Source: an uncultured Eubacteriaceae bacterium
GTDB taxonomy: Bacteria > Bacillota > Clostridia > Eubacteriales > UBA1433
DNA length: 41,156 bases
Assembly (NCBI GenBank): GCA_937914785.1
Contig: CALGIV010000079.1
Location: 1-41,156 of the forward strand
Direction of reading: 5' to 3'
Shown: positions 37,940-41,156 of the stretch, piece by piece
Layout: each line of letters starts with the position of its first letter
Position numbering within the stretch: the first letter of the stretch is position 1
Position numbers and translations under genes: made by a program
Notes under the pieces: generated by a model
Database searches by the model: none
Seen by the model: the letters and a program-made list of their open reading frames with translations, nothing else
What the model was told of the DNA's origin: nothing

Positions 37940-39777
37940 TTGTCTTCTCCCTGCGCATCCGTCGATTTTATTTTCTTTGATGGCAAAATCACGCTTACAA
38001 GTGTGCCTTCCCCTTCTTTGCTTGTCAACATAACGTCGCCGCCATGCTTGGTTATAATCTGGCGTACGATGGAAAGGCCCAGACCGACACCGCCGCGCTC
38101 TCTGCTGCGCTCTTCATCAACGCGGTAAAACGCTTTAAATACATCCTCCTCCATCGTGCGCGGAACACCAATACCGTGATCCCGAAAGTCAATATGGATA
38201 TACCCTTTTCCGTCTTCCAGAGCCGTTATTTTAATCCTGCCACCTTCGTAAGAATACTTGATCGCATTGTCGATGATATTGATAAATACCTGCTTCAACC
38301 GATCATAATCTCCATAAATGCGCGGCAGCGGAGACGAGACATATTCAATATCGATACCGTAACGCATGCTGCGCATGCGCATCTGCTCAATAACTTCGCT
38401 TAAAGCCTCGCTGACATCCATATCCTCAAACGTCATCGAAAAATCCATCTTCTCGTAATTGCGCATTGACAGTACATCGTCGACCAACCTGGAAAGGCGG
38501 CCGCCTTCACTGTAGATAACATCCATCGCTTTGCTGGTTACTTCCGCATTATCCGTTCCGCGCCGCTTTAACATATCCGCATATCCGATAATCGTCGTCA
38601 GCGGTGTCCTTAATTCGTGAGAGATGCTGCTTAAGAACTTATTCTGTTCTTTCATCAACATTTTGTCTCTCGTAATATCATTAATGATAATCAGAACATC
38701 AATACCGATGCCCTCATTGTCAATCCTGCGCACATTGATACTGAAGGATTTTTCGTCTAAATCTACACTGCGGACGAGCTCGCTCTCTTCATTTAATTGC
38801 GCAACGAGCTCCTTTAACTCCGGTAACATCGCCAGCTGTATGCCCTCGTCCGACATCTCCTCGTAGCCGAAAAACTCCTTGACTTTCGTATTCAGCATGA
38901 CGATTTTACCGTCTTGATCCAACGCGATGACCCCGCTGTCGACCGACGAAAGCATCAATGTCAGTTCCGCTTGTTTTTCTTCGAAATCCTGTATGCGCTT
39001 TTGAATTTCATCAGCCATCTGGTTAAAATTCTCACGAAGTAAATCTACTTCATCTCGCGTTTTAAACACGACAAACCGCTTGTCCAAGTCGCCTTTGGCC
39101 ATGTTTCGGCTCATCTGCGTTACTTCCGTAATCGGCTCCATAATGCGCTGATTCAACCAGAAAAGCACGATAAAAATAATAACAACCGCAATGATCGTCG
39201 CGACGACAAACAGGCCCGATGTATACGTGACAAGGTTGTCCATCATGCCGATCGAATAAGCAATGCGCACGACCCCAAGGATATCTTCACCATCGAGAAT
39301 CGGCACCGCATACATCAAATAACTCCTGCCGCTCAGCACCGTATAGACATAAGCCTTTTGACCGGATTGAAACGATGCGTTTACCTCCATTGCCGGATAG
39401 CTCGATTCCATTTCAACAGTTTCAACTTCGATGTCCGCTTCGCTCGCACTGTCGGCAATAATTGTAACGCCCGCGTCTGAATAACCGTAGATATGCACAC
39501 GTGACGCTGTAATTGTTTGAAACCGAACGGCAAGTTGACTCGCCAATTCCGTCAATGAATCAATATTTGCCAGATCGATATTTCGTTCTCTGGCGACGCT
39601 GATTTCCTGTGCCGCAATCAATTGAATTTCTTCAGAAAATGCACCGAGATATTCAAGCGCATTATTGACCGCGTAGTTTTGCATCGCACCGGTAATAAAA
39701 AAGCTGACAGACACCAAACAAATAATCAGCGCAGCAATGTTATATAAAATTATTTTCGCTCGAAAGCTCAAATGCAT
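37936..39777 (-). CDS. Sensor histidine kinase (2 TM, HAMP, PAS-like, HisKA, HATPase_c)
   Basis: DEV..L..NFNQMA (HAMP), GVIALDQDGKIVMLN (PAS-like), SHELRTPL, NIIDNAIKYS, DHGIG, FYRVD, GVGLGL. Confidence 0.95.
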   Translation of the reverse strand: MHLSFRAKIILYNIAALIICLVSVSFFITGAMQNYAVNNALEYLGAFSEEIQLIAAQEISVARERNIDLANIDSLTELASQLAVRFQTITASRVHIYGYSDAGVTIIADSASEADIEVETVEMESSYPAMEVNASFQSGQKAYVYTVLSGRSYLMYAVPILDGEDILGVVRIAYSIGMMDNLVTYTSGLFVVATIIAVVIIFIVLFWLNQRIMEPITEVTQMSRNMAKGDLDKRFVVFKTRDEVDLLRENFNQMADEIQKRIQDFEEKQAELTLMLSSVDSGVIALDQDGKIVMLNTKVKEFFGYEEMSDEGIQLAMLPELKELVAQLNEESELVRSVDLDEKSFSINVRRIDNEGIGIDVLIIINDITRDKMLMKEQNKFLSSISHELRTPLTTIIGYADMLKRRGTDNAEVTSKAMDVIYSEGGRLSRLVDDVLSMRNYEKMDFSMTFEDMDVSEALSEVIEQMRMRSMRYGIDIEYVSSPLPRIYGDYDRLKQVFINIIDNAIKYSYEGGRIKITALEDGKGYIHIDFRDHGIGVPRTMEEDVFKAFYRVDEERSRERGGVGLGLSIVRQIITKHGGDVMLTSKEGEGTLVSVILPSKKIKSTDAQGEDK

Positions 39778-39778
39778 T

Positions 39779-40474
39779 TTAACATTTCCTCATTTTATAC
39801 CCTCTGCCGAAAACTGTTTCGATATAACGCGCAGAAGTATTTTCTTCAATCTTTTTTCGCAGGCGCTGGATATGCATATCTACCGTGCGGCTGTCACCGG
39901 CCTTTTCATAATCCTTCCAAATGACACTAATGAGATCTTCGCGCGTAAACACTTTATCCAAAGAACTCATAAACAATTCCAGCAGGTCAAACTCTTTCGG
40001 CGTTAAGTGGATTTCGCTTCCCGCTACTGTCACGGTGCGGCTTAACGCATTCAAGACAATATCCCCATTAACGATATTATTGTCATTTGCTTCCGTATTC
40101 ACATTTGAAAGCTCACTGCGCCGCAGGAGCACTTTAATGCGCGCAAGCAGCTCCCGCATATCAAACGGCTTCGTGATATAATCATCCGCTCCCAACTCAA
40201 GGCCCAACACTTTATCGATAATATCTGTCTTGGCCGTCAGCATCAGAACCGGAATACTGCTTTTTTTCGTGATTTCCTTACACACGTCAAAACCGTTCAT
40301 CCCCGGCAGCATCACATCCAGCAATACCAGGTCTACATTTTCTTTCTCGAACGTCTCCAACGCCTGAAGCCCATCGTAACAGGTCAGCACATCGTAGCCT
40401 TCAAACTCCAGTTCCATTTTCAACAATTCACAGATCGCCTGCTCATCGTCCACTACCAATATTTTCTTATTCAT
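39779..40474 (-). CDS. OmpR/PhoB family response regulator
   Basis: ILVVDDE, LLDVMLP, LTAK, GADDYITKPF, LTPKEF, RTVDMHIQRLRKK, TVFGRGY. Start re-called to ATG 40474 after GGAG. Confidence 0.96.
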   Translation of the reverse strand: MNKKILVVDDEQAICELLKMELEFEGYDVLTCYDGLQALETFEKENVDLVLLDVMLPGMNGFDVCKEITKKSSIPVLMLTAKTDIIDKVLGLELGADDYITKPFDMRELLARIKVLLRRSELSNVNTEANDNNIVNGDIVLNALSRTVTVAGSEIHLTPKEFDLLELFMSSLDKVFTREDLISVIWKDYEKAGDSRTVDMHIQRLRKKIEENTSARYIETVFGRGYKMRKC

Positions 40475-40554
40475 CCATAACTCCACACGGTAATTAGTAG
40501 CCCCTATTATACAATAAATTACCCCGCTTTAAAACCCCTATTTCTCCAGACGTC

Positions 40555-40612
40555 TGTGACAAAACATTTGCGGAGCAAATCGACATTTATTTTGTTTTTC
40601 CTTTGCTATAAT
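40555..40612 (+). promoter_or_regulatory. Spo0A-activated sigma-A promoter of spoIIE
   Basis: Extended -10 TGCTATAAT. A reverse 0A-like box ATCGACA (40579-40585) lies 21 bp from the -10, with a second GTGACA upstream. This is the geometry known for spoIIE/spoIIG promoters. Confidence 0.6.
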
Positions 40613-40634
40613 GAATAAAAAATGTGAGGAAGAA

Positions 40635-41156
40635 ATGTTATATTCACTAAAAGACGACAAAAAAAAGTCTTCCATAAAGGACAAGCTTCGCTCGCCCGAA
40701 GTAAAGGAAGCCATCGCGTATTCGGCGATGTCCTTTCTCATCGCAAGAAGCGTGGTACTGCAATACATATCGCCCTTTATCTTCGGCTTTTTAACATACG
40801 CCATATTAAAGAAAAAGCAACGTATCCCCGCGGCATTTGCCGCGCTTGGCGCTTTAACGCTCGGCGATATGTATATTACGATGCGCGTCGGCATCGTACT
40901 GCTGCTCCTTTACGGCGCCAGTTTTGTCGATTTCTTCAGTACAAAGAACTTTCGCACGGCTCTCTCCGGCGCTTTGGCAACACTCATCGCCTCTTTTTTA
41001 ACCCTCAGCTTAACTTCTTCACCGATGATTGATATGATCATTTACACAGCAGAATCCATCAGTGCGCTGTGTACATATTTCATCTACTACGTCGGCCTTG
41101 AAGCTGCCGGCACCTACCGTAAGCATAAGGCCTTCAGCGATGAAGAAGTCATCTGT
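40635..41156 (+). CDS. spoIIE: Stage II sporulation protein E, N-terminal membrane domain (runs off window)
   Basis: Hand translation gives an open frame of 174 codons: ...SFLIARSVVLQYISPFIFGF...ESISALCTYFIY...FSDEEVIC, matching SpoIIE N-terminal motifs; GAGGA RBS. The phosphatase domain is not visible. Confidence 0.75.
   Translation, partial: MLYSLKDDKKKSSIKDKLRSPEVKEAIAYSAMSFLIARSVVLQYISPFIFGFLTYAILKKKQRIPAAFAALGALTLGDMYITMRVGIVLLLLYGASFVDFFSTKNFRTALSGALATLIASFLTLSLTSSPMIDMIIYTAESISALCTYFIYYVGLEAAGTYRKHKAFSDEEVIC

Noticed and set aside
40538..40894. 118-aa minus-strand ORF
   Set aside because: It is antisense to the RBS-supported spoIIE-like frame.

Overview
This is a chromosomal window from a spore-forming Clostridia-class Firmicute (spoVT, spoIIE, nfnAB, Rex and Spo0A-type sites). 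About 20 kb (3988-23748, minus strand) is the core S10-spc-alpha ribosomal supercluster followed by ecfA1A2T-truA-rplM-rpsI. To its left are a partial amidohydrolase and the electron-bifurcating transhydrogenase nfnAB. To its right is a mixed accessory and housekeeping stretch: an orphan GT-A-like protein, csoR with a P1B-2 metal ATPase, spoVT, an alpha/beta hydrolase, two membrane proteins, pyc, a chromate-transporter pair, an XRE regulator, a response regulator/kinase/propeller trio, and the 5' part of spoIIE. I saw no tRNA, rRNA, CRISPR array, transposase, integrase or phage gene, and I cannot support a large new system here. The best leads are small-scale: an unannotated 8-codon leader coupled to a 46-aa membrane peptide (3680-3846); an EcfT with a 61-aa duplicated/inserted transmembrane hairpin; single frameshifts in the metal ATPase and the first chromate subunit (the latter at an A7 run); the orphan GT-A protein facing an antisense promoter; and a three-gene signalling module. 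The two frameshifts and a chimeric-looking first 50 bp could equally be assembly errors. All calls come from motif recognition by eye, and no searches were run.
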